DNA of 64,000 bases from a virus. Location: the IMG/VR virus record IMGVR_UViG_3300017767_005578, positions 9 to 64,008 of that record. One strand, written 5' to 3'. Shown in pieces: positions 25,668 to 37,400 of the stretch. The position numbers and the translations under genes are program-made. How positions within the stretch are numbered: position 1 is the first letter of the stretch; each line of letters starts with the position of its first letter. The notes under the pieces are model-generated. The model had not been told where the DNA came from. It did no database searches and saw nothing but the letters and a program-made list of their open reading frames with translations.

Positions 25668-27095
25668 ATGGCATTACCATATCAAGGAGGTAGTTTTAAC
25701 AGAGTTGGAGATTATAACTTTGTAACTACAATGGATTTACACAAGCCAGAGATTGAGTCAGAATTAACTCAAACTTTTGGTAATCAAATGTTAACAGGAA
25801 TGTTATCAATGATTGGAGCAGAAAAAGGTGTTTCTGCTTTGGAATATACTCACTACGAGGAAGAAAGAATTTACCCTAAGCTTTACGCTACTTCAGCAGG
25901 AGCAGCAGCAGGAGCGCAAGCAACTTTCACTATGGCTGCATCATCTAAATATGATGTTCCAGAATTTGCTTCTCCTTATGATGGAAGTACTACTTCTTCT
26001 ATCACTATTCCAAGAAGAGGTGAATTAATCTTAATTAAGCCTGCATCAGGAATTGTTTCTGCTGACAGATACATTAAGGCTATTATAGACGAGGTTACTG
26101 CAACAACTTTCAAGGCTTCGCCTTTGGATTCTGGTGACAGTGTTCCAGCTATAGGTTCAGCTCAAGAAATCGTTATCTACGGTAACGCTTACGGAGAAGG
26201 TTCTATGCAGCCAGGAGCTAGACAGACTAAAGTTAAAAAAGAGATTAACCAAATTCAGACTGTAAAAGGAACTTATGAAGTTACTTCAACAGAAAGAGAT
26301 ATGTTATCTTGGGTTGACTTTGTAGGTAAAGACGGTAAGGCAGGTAAGATGTACTACCTAAAAGGAGAGGCTGATGAGTATAAAAACTTCATGTCTCAAA
26401 AGGAATTGACTTTACTTTTGGGTGAGAAGCTTAACAACGATACTGTAGCTAATGCTTGGGTTGCTAACGCTAATAACGATAACAACTTTGGTCCACTTTC
26501 TCTAACAGAGGGTCTTATACCAGGTATCCTATCAAAAGGAAACACTTCTGCTTACGCTCAAAACACAGGTTGGGATAAGCAAGATGCTGAGTCTTTAGTT
26601 AAGGTTTTGGATAAGCAAAAAGGTTCTAAGAGCAATCTATTAGCTCCAGGAATTGACTTGTCTATTGCGATTGACAACACTCTAGCTTCTTACAAGACTG
26701 CAGGTGCTATTACTTATGGTAACTACACTTTCTCTGAAGAGGCGAGCGTAAACTTCCAGTTTGACAAGTTCAAGATTGATGACTACATCTTCTCTAAGAA
26801 GAAGTTTGATTCTTTCAATGACCTTCAGACTTTAGGTGCTGATGGTTTTGGTTTCACAAACGAAGGTCTTGTTATCCCAATGGATCAGACTAGAGATGCT
26901 GGAACAGGAGAGAAGACTAATCACTTAAGACTTCGTTACTTGGTTAATCCTGCTACAGGAGAAAGAAACCAAAGATCGGAGATTATTGATAACTACAAAA
27001 TCACTGGTAAGGATACTTATAGCGTATTCTACAAGGACAACGTAGGTCTAGAGTCTTTCTGTTTGAACAAGTTCGCTTACATCAAGCAAGGATAA
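25668..27095 (+). CDS. major capsid protein
   Basis: 475 aa after scaffold; optimised codon usage; followed by a strong terminator; crAss-like position. Confidence 0.8.
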   Translation: MALPYQGGSFNRVGDYNFVTTMDLHKPEIESELTQTFGNQMLTGMLSMIGAEKGVSALEYTHYEEERIYPKLYATSAGAAAGAQATFTMAASSKYDVPEFASPYDGSTTSSITIPRRGELILIKPASGIVSADRYIKAIIDEVTATTFKASPLDSGDSVPAIGSAQEIVIYGNAYGEGSMQPGARQTKVKKEINQIQTVKGTYEVTSTERDMLSWVDFVGKDGKAGKMYYLKGEADEYKNFMSQKELTLLLGEKLNNDTVANAWVANANNDNNFGPLSLTEGLIPGILSKGNTSAYAQNTGWDKQDAESLVKVLDKQKGSKSNLLAPGIDLSIAIDNTLASYKTAGAITYGNYTFSEEASVNFQFDKFKIDDYIFSKKKFDSFNDLQTLGADGFGFTNEGLVIPMDQTRDAGTGEKTNHLRLRYLVNPATGERNQRSEIIDNYKITGKDTYSVFYKDNVGLESFCLNKFAYIKQG

Positions 27096-27110
27096 TTCTA
27101 CAAGGATTAA

Positions 27111-27141
27111 AAAAAGAGGGGTGTTAGTTCATCCCTCTTTT
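27111..27141 (+). terminator. intrinsic terminator after MCP
   Basis: AAAGAGGG...CCCTCTTT hairpin with T-run. Confidence 0.7.
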
Positions 27142-27166
27142 AATATTAACACTAAGCTTAATTAAT

Positions 27167-27436
27167 ATGGCAGCTAAAACTCCAGCAAAAGGTAAAAGAT
27201 TTGTAAAAGTTGTAAAAAACAGTAAAACTGGAAGAACTAAAAAAGTTTCTTATGGTCAAGCAGGAAAAGCTAAAGGAGGAGGAGACAGAATACGTCCTGG
27301 TACTAAAAAAGGTGATGCGTACTGCGCTAGAAGTGCAGGTATTGCTAAGAAACACCCTTCAGCACGTAAGGCTAACTCTCCTAACGCTTTATCAAGAAAA
27401 AAGTGGAAGTGTAAAGGTAAAAAATCAATGAAGTAA
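27167..27436 (+). CDS. highly basic small phage protein (DUF6321-like)
   Basis: VSYGQAG...RPGTKKGDAYCARS...SPNALSRKKWKC motif. Confidence 0.65.
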   Translation: MAAKTPAKGKRFVKVVKNSKTGRTKKVSYGQAGKAKGGGDRIRPGTKKGDAYCARSAGIAKKHPSARKANSPNALSRKKWKCKGKKSMK

Positions 27437-27473
27437 GTCTTAGGACTTTAAATTAATTAAAACTAAAATTAAA

Positions 27474-28592
27474 ATGGCACAATTAGCAAAGCAGCCAAAA
27501 CAGGCTGTAAATTCAGGAATGCGTAATGTCGTATATACGCTAGTTAAATCAAAAAACGGAAAGTACCCTCCTTTCTATCAGATTCCTGCAGAGGACGAAG
27601 TTTATATGGAGTGGGAAGATGATTTCGGGAATCAACAATCAGGGTTAAGAAGAATTAGGTATTCAATTGGTGAGACATCTATATTTGTAGATGAGCAATC
27701 AGAAACTGCCGAAAAAAGAAGAGGTGTTTTACTCTTTAATGACGGTAATTTAATTTCTCATCCAATGGAGGTTACAAAGCAAAAGTACTTAGAGTATACT
27801 AATCACAATATTGCTAATCACGAAGAGGGAACTGCTGCACCTAATAAGTCAGCTATCTTTAGGTCTAACTCTAGTCAGTATAAGACAAATGTAAAATTAC
27901 AAAGACAGGAGAAGATTTTATCTTTATCTCAGATTGTAAACGACTTGTCTGCTGAAGAGATTGAAGGACTGGCAATTACTTTAAATGTAGCTTTTGACAA
28001 TACTAATAATGACACAATTATTGCTAGTATAAAAAGTGCAAGAAGCATATTCTTTGACATGATAAACTATGACCCTTACAGATTTGAGAAGGAGTTAGAA
28101 TCAGAAACAAGAAGATTTAAAGAGGTGTTGTCTTTAGCATTAAGAGATAATGTTATTTCTTACGACAAAGCAGGTAGGTCTTTCTATAATAATATAGGTG
28201 GTAAAACAAGAATACTTGATGTCCCTTCTTATGCAGATCCTTTAGATTTCTTTGTAGACTTAGCTACAACAAGAACAGAAATAAAAGAGGCTTATAAGTC
28301 AATTAAGGACGCTGTAGAAAACAACAAGAAGCCAGCTAAAGAGAAGTTTGAAGGAACTAAGGAGTATAAGATGCTTAAGAAAGCTTTAAGATTCAAAGTT
28401 TGTAAGAATGCTTTTGGTAGTATTTCAGCCAACAATATTGGTATGTTGGGAGAAAGAGGCACAGGAATAAAAGGAGCTACTCAGCACTTAGAGTTTAATC
28501 CTGATGTTTATAAACAGATAGAGGAAATGGTAGTTGAGTGTGAGAACGAAAAACTGCTAGAAGAAGAGAAAAAGGAAGCTGCTAAAAAGTAA
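27474..28592 (+). CDS. conserved virion-region protein following MCP
   Basis: 372-aa ORF in the position of conserved crAss-like post-MCP genes. Confidence 0.55.
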   Translation: MAQLAKQPKQAVNSGMRNVVYTLVKSKNGKYPPFYQIPAEDEVYMEWEDDFGNQQSGLRRIRYSIGETSIFVDEQSETAEKRRGVLLFNDGNLISHPMEVTKQKYLEYTNHNIANHEEGTAAPNKSAIFRSNSSQYKTNVKLQRQEKILSLSQIVNDLSAEEIEGLAITLNVAFDNTNNDTIIASIKSARSIFFDMINYDPYRFEKELESETRRFKEVLSLALRDNVISYDKAGRSFYNNIGGKTRILDVPSYADPLDFFVDLATTRTEIKEAYKSIKDAVENNKKPAKEKFEGTKEYKMLKKALRFKVCKNAFGSISANNIGMLGERGTGIKGATQHLEFNPDVYKQIEEMVVECENEKLLEEEKKEAAKK

Positions 28593-28613
28593 GTTTTTTA
28601 TGTATTAAAAGCT

Positions 28614-28647
28614 AAAGAGAGGTCAAAAAAGCCTCTCTTTTTTTTTT
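28614..28647 (+). terminator. intrinsic terminator
   Basis: AAAGAGAGG...CCTCTCTTT plus T-run. Confidence 0.75.
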
Positions 28648-28684
28648 ATGTATATTTACTAATCAATAATGTTATTATAAAAAG

Positions 28685-30484
28685 ATGGCTTTAACAACAA
28701 CAGATTTTAACGTATCGTTTTTATTGGGTGGAAGCGATAAAGTCTTTAAGTTTACCGATATAACAGACTATCCTTCTCAAAGTGTAGCTTTAGCTGATGT
28801 AACAGGTAGGATTAAAATTACAGCTCCAAGTGGAGTTGTTTACAATAATTTAGCAGGTTCGGCAGATATAACAGGCTCAACTTCAACAGTTAATACAACT
28901 TCAATAAATGTACCTCTGTTATCAGGAGGAACGCCAGAGGTCGGTCTTTATACTTTTGAGTACAGGGCTACAGTAGGTAGTGACACCGTTTCTAAAATTA
29001 AGACTTTTACTTACTCATACGCAAAACCGAAAGCAACTAATCAGCTAACAGCGGATTGTTTATCACCTGAGCTAAAGGGTGCTGACACTACTAATTATTT
29101 GGTTAATGCTGTCACACCTAATGATAGGTTTAATATTTCAGCGGCAAGTTCTTCAGCAAATACTTTTAGTGTTTCGGGAGAAAAGGTTGGTTTTTTTACT
29201 GTTGGCAATAAGTTTGATGTAATAAGCTCAACTGGAAATAATGGTCAATACACTATAACAGGTGTTAATTATGTCCAAAGTTCGGATACTACGGTTGTAA
29301 GTGTTGCTAGTGTTACCGATAATACGGCAGACGGAACAATAGTTCAAAGAAGAACTACATTATACTTTACTTCAGTTCCAGGTATAGCTCCTTTAGTGGG
29401 TTATAGCACTATTTTATCAACTAATTCTTTTTACAGTCAACTACAATCTTTCTCTTTTGAGGCTCATGTTTTATACGATTTTGGAGGTGGGATAACTTTG
29501 TCAGATTCTTTCTCTTCTTCGGATTCAATAAATGTAGATTGTGACAACAACCTTTGTGATGTATTCTGTTGTATTAATACTGTTTTTGGGGAATACATGA
29601 AGTATAAGTGTACTAATAAAACTTTAGCAGACTTAGCTTTAGAAAGATACACTATAATAACTTCTCATTTAGCTTCTTTAAGAACTGCTTATGAATGTGG
29701 AGACTCAGCCGCTATCACGAGCTTAACTGCTCAAATAAAAGAAGTTTCTCAATGTGATGACGATTGCGGTTGTACATCAGGAGATCCTATTCCAATTACA
29801 GGAACAGGCTCTTCAGCAGGGTCTACTTCTGTTGTTGCTGACGGAGGAACTGGTGTTAATGTTACAACAAGTGTTAATGGAAATGAGACTACCTATACCC
29901 TTAACCTTAGTCCTTCTGTTCTTCAAGATATACAAAACGGTGCAGCTACATCAAGCGTCACTGGTGGAACAGGTATAACAGTAACTCCTTCATCTACTGG
30001 TGTTAATAACACTCAATACGCTGTCTCTTTAACAACCCCTTCGGTTGCTCCAAAGGAGACTTTAGTAATGAAGTTAGAGTGTGCTAAAACCCTTCCTACG
30101 GCTAGAATTTTCACTCCTAAAGATGTTACAATACAAAACCCAACAAACCTACAGCAACCAGCTACTATTACAGAGGTTGCCGTTTCTAGTGATTGGGATT
30201 TGTATACGGTTAGAGTTACAGGTTTTCAATCTACTCCAAACTCTACATACAAAGTAGATGTTAGCAGCTATTTTCAAGAATATGCACAAAACTCTGTTAC
30301 AACAGTAGATTCATCAGCAATAGGCTATCAAGCATATTATTTAGAGGCAAAAGTTGTTAAACTTGAATCCAATTCTTTTGATTTAGTTTTTATAAATAAA
30401 TTTTTAAATATTTATATGACATCAGGGGGAAGTGGTCTTTATAAATATTTAAAAATTTATTTAAACATTAAAATATACGAATAA
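28685..30484 (+). CDS. virion structural protein (Ig-like segments and Cys-rich helical middle)
   Basis: S/T/V-rich beta segments; CDVFCC...CDDDCGC region. Confidence 0.55.
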   Translation: MALTTTDFNVSFLLGGSDKVFKFTDITDYPSQSVALADVTGRIKITAPSGVVYNNLAGSADITGSTSTVNTTSINVPLLSGGTPEVGLYTFEYRATVGSDTVSKIKTFTYSYAKPKATNQLTADCLSPELKGADTTNYLVNAVTPNDRFNISAASSSANTFSVSGEKVGFFTVGNKFDVISSTGNNGQYTITGVNYVQSSDTTVVSVASVTDNTADGTIVQRRTTLYFTSVPGIAPLVGYSTILSTNSFYSQLQSFSFEAHVLYDFGGGITLSDSFSSSDSINVDCDNNLCDVFCCINTVFGEYMKYKCTNKTLADLALERYTIITSHLASLRTAYECGDSAAITSLTAQIKEVSQCDDDCGCTSGDPIPITGTGSSAGSTSVVADGGTGVNVTTSVNGNETTYTLNLSPSVLQDIQNGAATSSVTGGTGITVTPSSTGVNNTQYAVSLTTPSVAPKETLVMKLECAKTLPTARIFTPKDVTIQNPTNLQQPATITEVAVSSDWDLYTVRVTGFQSTPNSTYKVDVSSYFQEYAQNSVTTVDSSAIGYQAYYLEAKVVKLESNSFDLVFINKFLNIYMTSGGSGLYKYLKIYLNIKIYE

Positions 30485-32349
30485 TGTCAGTTAGTTCAGA
30501 ATTATCAAAATTAGGTTCAGGAGTAGGTAGGATTTATCTTACAGACTCCAGTGGAACATTAACAGGCTTAGAGTTCTTTAATGACAAGATAGGAAGAGAG
30601 GCTGCCGAGAAAGCTATGGTTGTTTCAGCTACTTTAAGCTCTAATATCTCAGCAACTTCAAGTGTAACTATAACTTCAGCAGGTGGTACTATTACAAATT
30701 TATCATACAATGGAGTTTCTGTTTTTAATACAGCTTCTCCTATAACAGGAGGGACAACAACAGAGTTGGCAACTGCTCTGGCTTTGGCTATAAACGCAAA
30801 TGTAAGCACCCCTTCTTACACCGCTATTTCAGCAGGAAGTGATGTAATTATTTATTTAGACCCAGACAACGGAAGTTCATTAAATGGTACGGTAGCTGCT
30901 TTTGCTACAACAGGAACAGCAGCAATGACTGCTACAAATTTAGATGGAGGTGCTTATCCTACAGAACTTGTTGATGCTCAGATAGGTTATAGAGTTTACA
31001 TAAATAACTCCCTTACAGCTCCATCAGCTAGTTTAGTTGGAGCAACAGATATAACTACAGGTGTTTTAAGAAAGGCTGCTAGTTCTCCTTATTCTGTAAA
31101 AGATGTTCAAATATCTTCTGGAGCTTTATCTATAGATAGAGACGGAGCTTTTACTATTGTAAGTGTGCAGACTGAAGGTGCAACAGCATCGGATGATTTA
31201 ACATCCATAAATGCAGGTATATTTAATGACGGAGACGTAGTTGTATTAAGGGGTAAAGAATCAGGAAAGGTTACAACGGTAAAAGAAGGTGGTAATATAG
31301 AGTTAGCCAATAATGCTGATTTTCTTACAGCTACCAAAGATTACGCAATAATACTTCAGTATAGCACTTCAGATAACAAGTGGTATGAAATATCTAGAAG
31401 CCCAGGAAACAACTTATCGGTTGCCTCATTGAGGTCTGCTAGTATTGCAGCTCCTGTACAGGGTGTTCAAGCAACAACGCTAACCACAGGAGGAGGTTCT
31501 GTTACTGTTCAGCCAGGTGTTGATAAAGGACACATAGTCCTTACAGGAACAGGAACATTAACGGGTTCTTGGAGTTATAATTTAGGTGGAACTCCTATAG
31601 ATGGTGACACATTTATTGTTGACTACAAAGGAACATTTACACCAAGCGGAAACAATGTAACTATATTTGGGGTTTCCTTAACGGATTCTCAAATAGCAGG
31701 AGAAAAGGTTACCGTAAAAGCCACGTATATTTTATCTTCTACATCATGGTCTGTTGTTACTGTTAGGGACACAGCAGGAGTAGATTTAGTAGATACAACA
31801 GATTTAGCAACAAAAGAAACAGGGTTAGGTAATCCTGCTGCGAATGGATATATTCTTTCTTCCACTACTGGTGGAGTTAGATCTTGGGTTCCAAGTGCGA
31901 CAGACATAGCGTATGACTCAGATTATACCACTACTGGAAACTCAGCAGGGGTTGTAACAACTTTAAGAAGTGTGTCTTTACCAGGAAACACCCTGTCTTC
32001 TGATGGGAGTTGTATAGTTTTTAAGTTTACAGGGCAGTTTGGTTCAAACGCTGGAGCTAAAACTTTTAAAGTTGTTTTTGCAGGGACAGATGTTTTGCAA
32101 AACTTGAACAGCACATCACCTAATGGTTCTGATTTTACAGGAGAGGTTGTAGTTGTAAGGTCTGGGTCTACTGTTGCAAAAGTAAGCGGTAGTCTTCAGA
32201 TAAATGGACTTCCTAATGAGGTTAATTTTTCTCAAGTAACTTCACTAAACTTTACAACAACTTCTTATAATTTAGATATAACAGGAACAGGTGCAGTTAG
32301 TAGTGACGTAAATATTTACACCACTATTGCTACTAAAATTATATTTTAA
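30484..32349 (+). CDS. tail fibre/hub-like structural protein
   Basis: T/G/S-rich; TEG..ASDDL..I..G...GD.V.LR motif; shares a domain with 18524-19546. Confidence 0.55.
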   Translation: MSVSSELSKLGSGVGRIYLTDSSGTLTGLEFFNDKIGREAAEKAMVVSATLSSNISATSSVTITSAGGTITNLSYNGVSVFNTASPITGGTTTELATALALAINANVSTPSYTAISAGSDVIIYLDPDNGSSLNGTVAAFATTGTAAMTATNLDGGAYPTELVDAQIGYRVYINNSLTAPSASLVGATDITTGVLRKAASSPYSVKDVQISSGALSIDRDGAFTIVSVQTEGATASDDLTSINAGIFNDGDVVVLRGKESGKVTTVKEGGNIELANNADFLTATKDYAIILQYSTSDNKWYEISRSPGNNLSVASLRSASIAAPVQGVQATTLTTGGGSVTVQPGVDKGHIVLTGTGTLTGSWSYNLGGTPIDGDTFIVDYKGTFTPSGNNVTIFGVSLTDSQIAGEKVTVKATYILSSTSWSVVTVRDTAGVDLVDTTDLATKETGLGNPAANGYILSSTTGGVRSWVPSATDIAYDSDYTTTGNSAGVVTTLRSVSLPGNTLSSDGSCIVFKFTGQFGSNAGAKTFKVVFAGTDVLQNLNSTSPNGSDFTGEVVVVRSGSTVAKVSGSLQINGLPNEVNFSQVTSLNFTTTSYNLDITGTGAVSSDVNIYTTIATKIIF

Positions 32350-33047
32350 TGGATATAAATAAGGTATACGATTTTTTAAAATATTTAGCTGATAAGGACC
32401 AATCTGGTAACATCACCCCTAAAGAATTTAATTTGTCTATAGACCGAGCTTTTTCTGAGTGGACTATGAAGCGTTATAATAATCTAAAAGATAACACTCA
32501 AAATAAAACTGGTTGGCAAAAGAATCAAAAAGTAACGGACGATTTAAAATTTCTATTAGTCAGGAATGATGTTTCTACTATTGGTAGTGATGGTAAGCTT
32601 GCTTTGCCGACAGACTATTTGCATTTATCAAGTTTGGTATATAATTATAAGTTTGAAGAAAATGGAGAAACAGTTGTTGTGCCTAGTCAGGTTGATATTG
32701 TCAACGATAACGAGATTTCTTCCTTTTTAGGTTCTAGTATTTACGCAAAGCGTATTAAGGCTAAAAAATATGTCATAGCAGCTTTTTATAAAGACCATAT
32801 ACAGATATATCCAAAAAACATAGGTGTAGTAGACTTTACTTACTTAAGGCAGCCTGTAAGTCCTTATTGGGCTTTTACAGTAGTAAACGGTAGACCTGTT
32901 TACGATGCTGCAAACTCTGTTGATTTAGAAGCTCCTGACGAGGTTGTAAATGAAATAATAATGATGTGTGCTTCATACTTAGGAATTAACTTGAGAGAGC
33001 CTCAGTTGATTCAGTATGCCGAACAAATGAAACAACAGGGAGTATAA
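32349..33047 (+). CDS. tail tubular/ring (adaptor) protein
   Basis: FNLSIDRA, LALPTDYLHLSS, FTYLRQP, YLGINLRE typical of podovirus ring proteins. Confidence 0.65.
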   Translation: MDINKVYDFLKYLADKDQSGNITPKEFNLSIDRAFSEWTMKRYNNLKDNTQNKTGWQKNQKVTDDLKFLLVRNDVSTIGSDGKLALPTDYLHLSSLVYNYKFEENGETVVVPSQVDIVNDNEISSFLGSSIYAKRIKAKKYVIAAFYKDHIQIYPKNIGVVDFTYLRQPVSPYWAFTVVNGRPVYDAANSVDLEAPDEVVNEIIMMCASYLGINLREPQLIQYAEQMKQQGV

Positions 33048-33059
33048 CACATTTAAGAA

Positions 33060-33689
33060 ATGACAAGGGATACTAGAGAAATAATAGCGGAACAGGCACA
33101 AAGGATTATAGAGGGTGGTACTCCTACTCCAGACTCTGAGGTTAGAAAAGATGAGTTAATGATCTATGTGGACCAAGCTTTTGGTCAAATGATAAAACAA
33201 AGTTTTTATCAGAACAAGGCGGAGGGTGTTAGTTGGCTAGATGGTGGTTTTGTTTACACATTTATAGAAGAAGTAAAAGAAGATAAGATAAGGGGAATGA
33301 AGTATGTTAAAATACCTTCTACTTATGTTGGTCTCCCATTAGGAATGGGTATAGTCCATGTTTCAAACGTTACTTCAGAGATGGATACTTTCGTTCCTTC
33401 AAACCCAAACTTTTTAGGATTGTCTAGAGGTTTGTTGGTTGCTAACTTAGGAGGTAGAAGAGGTTATTTTGTTGAGAACACAAAGATGTATTTTATTAAT
33501 TTAAAACCTTCTGATTGTGTTGATAATGTTTTAATAAAATTAGCAGGTGGTATCCAATCAGAGGAGATAGATCCTGAAGTTGATATTCCTTTAGATATGC
33601 AGCAAGCTTTAGTAGGGTTTACAGTAGAACTTTACAGACAGCAAAGACAGATGCCTAAAGACGATATAAACGATAACAGCAAAGACTAA
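33060..33689 (+). CDS. tail ring/connector protein
   Basis: Size and position among ring genes; VDIPLDMQQAL. Confidence 0.5.
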   Translation: MTRDTREIIAEQAQRIIEGGTPTPDSEVRKDELMIYVDQAFGQMIKQSFYQNKAEGVSWLDGGFVYTFIEEVKEDKIRGMKYVKIPSTYVGLPLGMGIVHVSNVTSEMDTFVPSNPNFLGLSRGLLVANLGGRRGYFVENTKMYFINLKPSDCVDNVLIKLAGGIQSEEIDPEVDIPLDMQQALVGFTVELYRQQRQMPKDDINDNSKD

Positions 33690-34447
33690 TGGAATTAGAA
33701 AAAGTAGTTAGAGAGTTTTTAATAGAAACAGGAAGAACAGAACATAGGTTTGTTCAGGCACTTCAATTGGGTATAGCGTGCTTAAGAGAGCTTCATTATG
33801 ACATCATGGGAGTTCCTGTAATAAAAGAGCTTACTGTTTCTGAAATAGACACTGTTGACTTACCTAATGACTACTTAAATTATATACGTATAGGTTTTAC
33901 AGATTCACATGGTTTCTTTAGAGAAATTGGTGTAAATGACGGTATAGCCTTAAACAGGACTTTAAACGACTGCGGAAAAAGAATTTCAAGAAAAAAAAGC
34001 ACAGATGACTCTTCTTCTAGTGACTATAACATTGGTAACGTTGAGTACTCTTCAGTTCATTATACAAACGGTGAAAACGTTGGTAGGTATTTTGGTCTAG
34101 GAGGGGGAAACAATATTAACGGTGGATTTAAAATAGATAAGAATTATCAGCAAATTCAATTAGACAGGTATCAAGGAGGTGCTACTATCACCTTAGAGTA
34201 TCTGGCAGACCCTAATAAAACAGATGGTGAATTTACGGTTCATCCATTTGCCATAGAAACTATTAAAGCTTGGATAGACTGGAAGTTGACAGAGAACAAT
34301 GCTAACATTGGAGCTGGTGTTTCGGAAAGAAAAAGACAGCTTTATGGTGGTAACAAAAAACTTTTAAGGTCTAGGATGTCATCTAAAAGTGTTCAAGACC
34401 TTTTACAAGCGTTTAGAAAAGGTAATAAAGCATCACCTAAATTTTAA
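33689..34447 (+). CDS. tail ring/connector protein
   Basis: VDLPNDYLNYIRIG, ITLEYLAD, VHPFAIETIKAWI. Confidence 0.55.
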   Translation: MELEKVVREFLIETGRTEHRFVQALQLGIACLRELHYDIMGVPVIKELTVSEIDTVDLPNDYLNYIRIGFTDSHGFFREIGVNDGIALNRTLNDCGKRISRKKSTDDSSSSDYNIGNVEYSSVHYTNGENVGRYFGLGGGNNINGGFKIDKNYQQIQLDRYQGGATITLEYLADPNKTDGEFTVHPFAIETIKAWIDWKLTENNANIGAGVSERKRQLYGGNKKLLRSRMSSKSVQDLLQAFRKGNKASPKF

Positions 34448-34450
34448 AAA

Positions 34451-37400
34451 ATGGGTTACGAGAAAAGACAGTTTTTATACGGTATGGATTTAGATACCGA
34501 AGAGAGGTTAATAGAGCCTGGTTTTTCACGAAAGAATGTTAATGTACGAATAGGTTCTTCTACTGATAACGGTGTTTATTCTGCTGAAAATATTCAAGGT
34601 AACACATTTATACCAAATACAGAACTACCTTCAGGAACTAATAAGGTTATAGGCTCATGCTGGGATAAGCTAAGAGACTTAAGTTATTACTTTGTATATA
34701 ACTCAGAGGGTAATCATGGTATATTCGAGTACAACCATGTAGAGAGTAAGATAGACAAGGTTATGATTGCAAGTGTTTTAAACTTTCAATCTGAAGAATT
34801 AATAACAGGTCATAATGTTGTAGAGTTTGATGAAAGCAACCACTTGCTTTACTTTACTGATGGATTTAACCCTCCTCGTAAAATAAACATACAAAAGGCA
34901 AAGGCAGGCTCTTACATAGAGCCAATAAAAGAAGAGGTGATAGATGCTATTAAGTATCCTCCTTTAAAGCCGCCAACTTTTAAGTTTGAATTAGACGAAA
35001 ATCAGCTTGTTAATCATTTAACAGATAAAATAGTTCAATTCAAAGCGGCTTATGTTTATGATGATCAAGAAGAAAGTGCTTATTCACCTATATCTATTCA
35101 GGCTATTCCTGGTGATAATAATGTTATCGAGGTTACTATACCTAAAGGAGGAGAGCTTGTAAAAAGAGTTATAGTCGCTTTTAGGGTTGGCAATATAGGA
35201 GATTTTTTGGAGGCAGAGGATAAAGATGCTTCTGATTATGATACAGACGCAGACGGGAATTATTTGTATAAATTCAAAAATGAAAAAAACTACAATAATA
35301 TTTCTTTACCTAGGTCCAATAAACTTTTTGATTCTCTTCCTCAGTTAGCACAAGCACAAGAGTACATAGAGGGAAATAGACTAGCTTATGGAAACATAAC
35401 AGAAGGTTATGATAATGTAGATGTGAATTTAGATTTAGAAGTAGATTATGAACCTGAGTTTTCAACTAGCGAAAATACAATAAAGGGTTTTTTAAGGATT
35501 TCAAATGCGAGACAACCTTCGAATAAAGCTTACAGCAGGTATCAACCTATAACTAGGACTGGAGACTCCTCTACTTATGCTTTTGGAGGTTTCGGAAAAA
35601 ACACCACAGTACCTAATACAGGTTTAAGGTCAAGCTATCAGCAGCAAATTCCTTTAGGTGGTTTTGTTATATATCTAGCAGGAACAGACTATTATTGTGT
35701 TTCTACTCAGATTCCAGAGGGAGGCTCAGGTTCAAGTTCGGCTGCTCCTCTTCAAGACGGAAGAGGTGTATATCTTGCTACAAGTACAAACCAAAATAAT
35801 AGAATTAGAAATGCTATAGAAGGACCAAGTGGGGGTAATACACCTTACCCAGAATCAAGGGTTTTTTCAACGTGGGAGATGAATAACGTTCCAGATGGAA
35901 CATATATAATGAGGGTAGCTTCTCATTGGACTACGGAGGCAGATTTGCAAGACCCAGAAAGGAGTTATCAAAAAACATCTACTTTTTTAAATAGAATAGG
36001 TTTTGGTGTCATTGATATTCCAACAGGCGAAGTTCAACAACCTGTTAAAGAGTTACAAGTAACTGTTTCTAACGGTCAAATATTAGATAATATAGAGGTT
36101 ATTATAGCAGATTTGTCCGACACTGTTATTTTTGCAGGTAATCTACCTTTTAATAACGCAGGTTATGTTTGTGATTTCGTGCAAGATGATTACACTCAGT
36201 TTGTCAACCCTGCTTCTGTGGCAGAAGCTTTGGGTCAAAAAAGAATAGAGTTGTGCTTAGTGAATTATACTGGTCCTGACGGTTCATTTTCTAATTTTAC
36301 TGACCACAATGGGTTCTTTTTTAGTTCGCCAAAAGACTCTACTTCTATTCAAAAAATAACTTCAGGCGTAGAACAATATTCTTTCAACACTGATGCGTAT
36401 AATTTGTTAGACACTTCTACAAATCCAACAGCTTCGTTTCCTAGTAATCAAACACCTGGATCTACTAAGTTTTGGGTGTTGCCAAATAAAAATACAGGCT
36501 TAACTAAAAAATCAAGAACGAAGTTTACGGTTATAGTTAAGGATGCTTTAGGTATTCCCCAAAGTGATGTTAGTATCGTCAGTAGTCAGGGAGATGTTCA
36601 GGAAACAAATACAAATGGAGAAGCGCCATTTATCGCTTACTCTCCTGGAAACTCAGTCGGTTTCCTTTTTGAAAGAACTCTTAATTTTATTCCTACTTTA
36701 AATTATGGTGTTATTGGGAATTACAACCCTGTTCTTTTAACGGATACAGTAACTATAGGGAGTGTTGGTAATCAAAATGATGACACTAAAGACCTTGAGG
36801 ATATAATCTTAACTATTCAAACAACCTCAGACGCTTCTAAGTTGAAAAATGGCGGTGTTTATAGTTTTGGTATAGTTTATTACGACAGGGCAAATAGAAG
36901 TGGAACTACAAATTTTGGTTACAACTTAGATTTACCTTTTTACGATACTCAGATAACAACAGCTCCTGTAGTTGGCTGGGAAATCACAAACGCAGCTCCT
37001 AGTTGGGCTACTCATTATCAGATTGTTAGGACGTTAAATACAGAACTAAGTAAATACATTCAATGGTTTACCTCAGATGTTTCTTATTCTGTTGGTGGAA
37101 CTAACTTTAATGACGCTTCAATTATAGATTTTGATATTACTAATTTAACTGATGAGTATAAGACAACTAATCCAGATTCTGTTTTAGTTTATGATTTTAC
37201 CACAGGAGATAGAATGCGTCTTATTAAAGACGCTAATAATAATTACTACGAAGATTATATAGATTTAAAGGTTGTTTCTTTTGAGGCTGGTATATTAAAG
37301 GTTAAAAACGACATTCAAGATAAAGATTTGACTGGCGGTGCTTTTTTTGAGATATACACTCCAAAGCTTGATGTGGACCAAGAAATATATTATGAAATAG

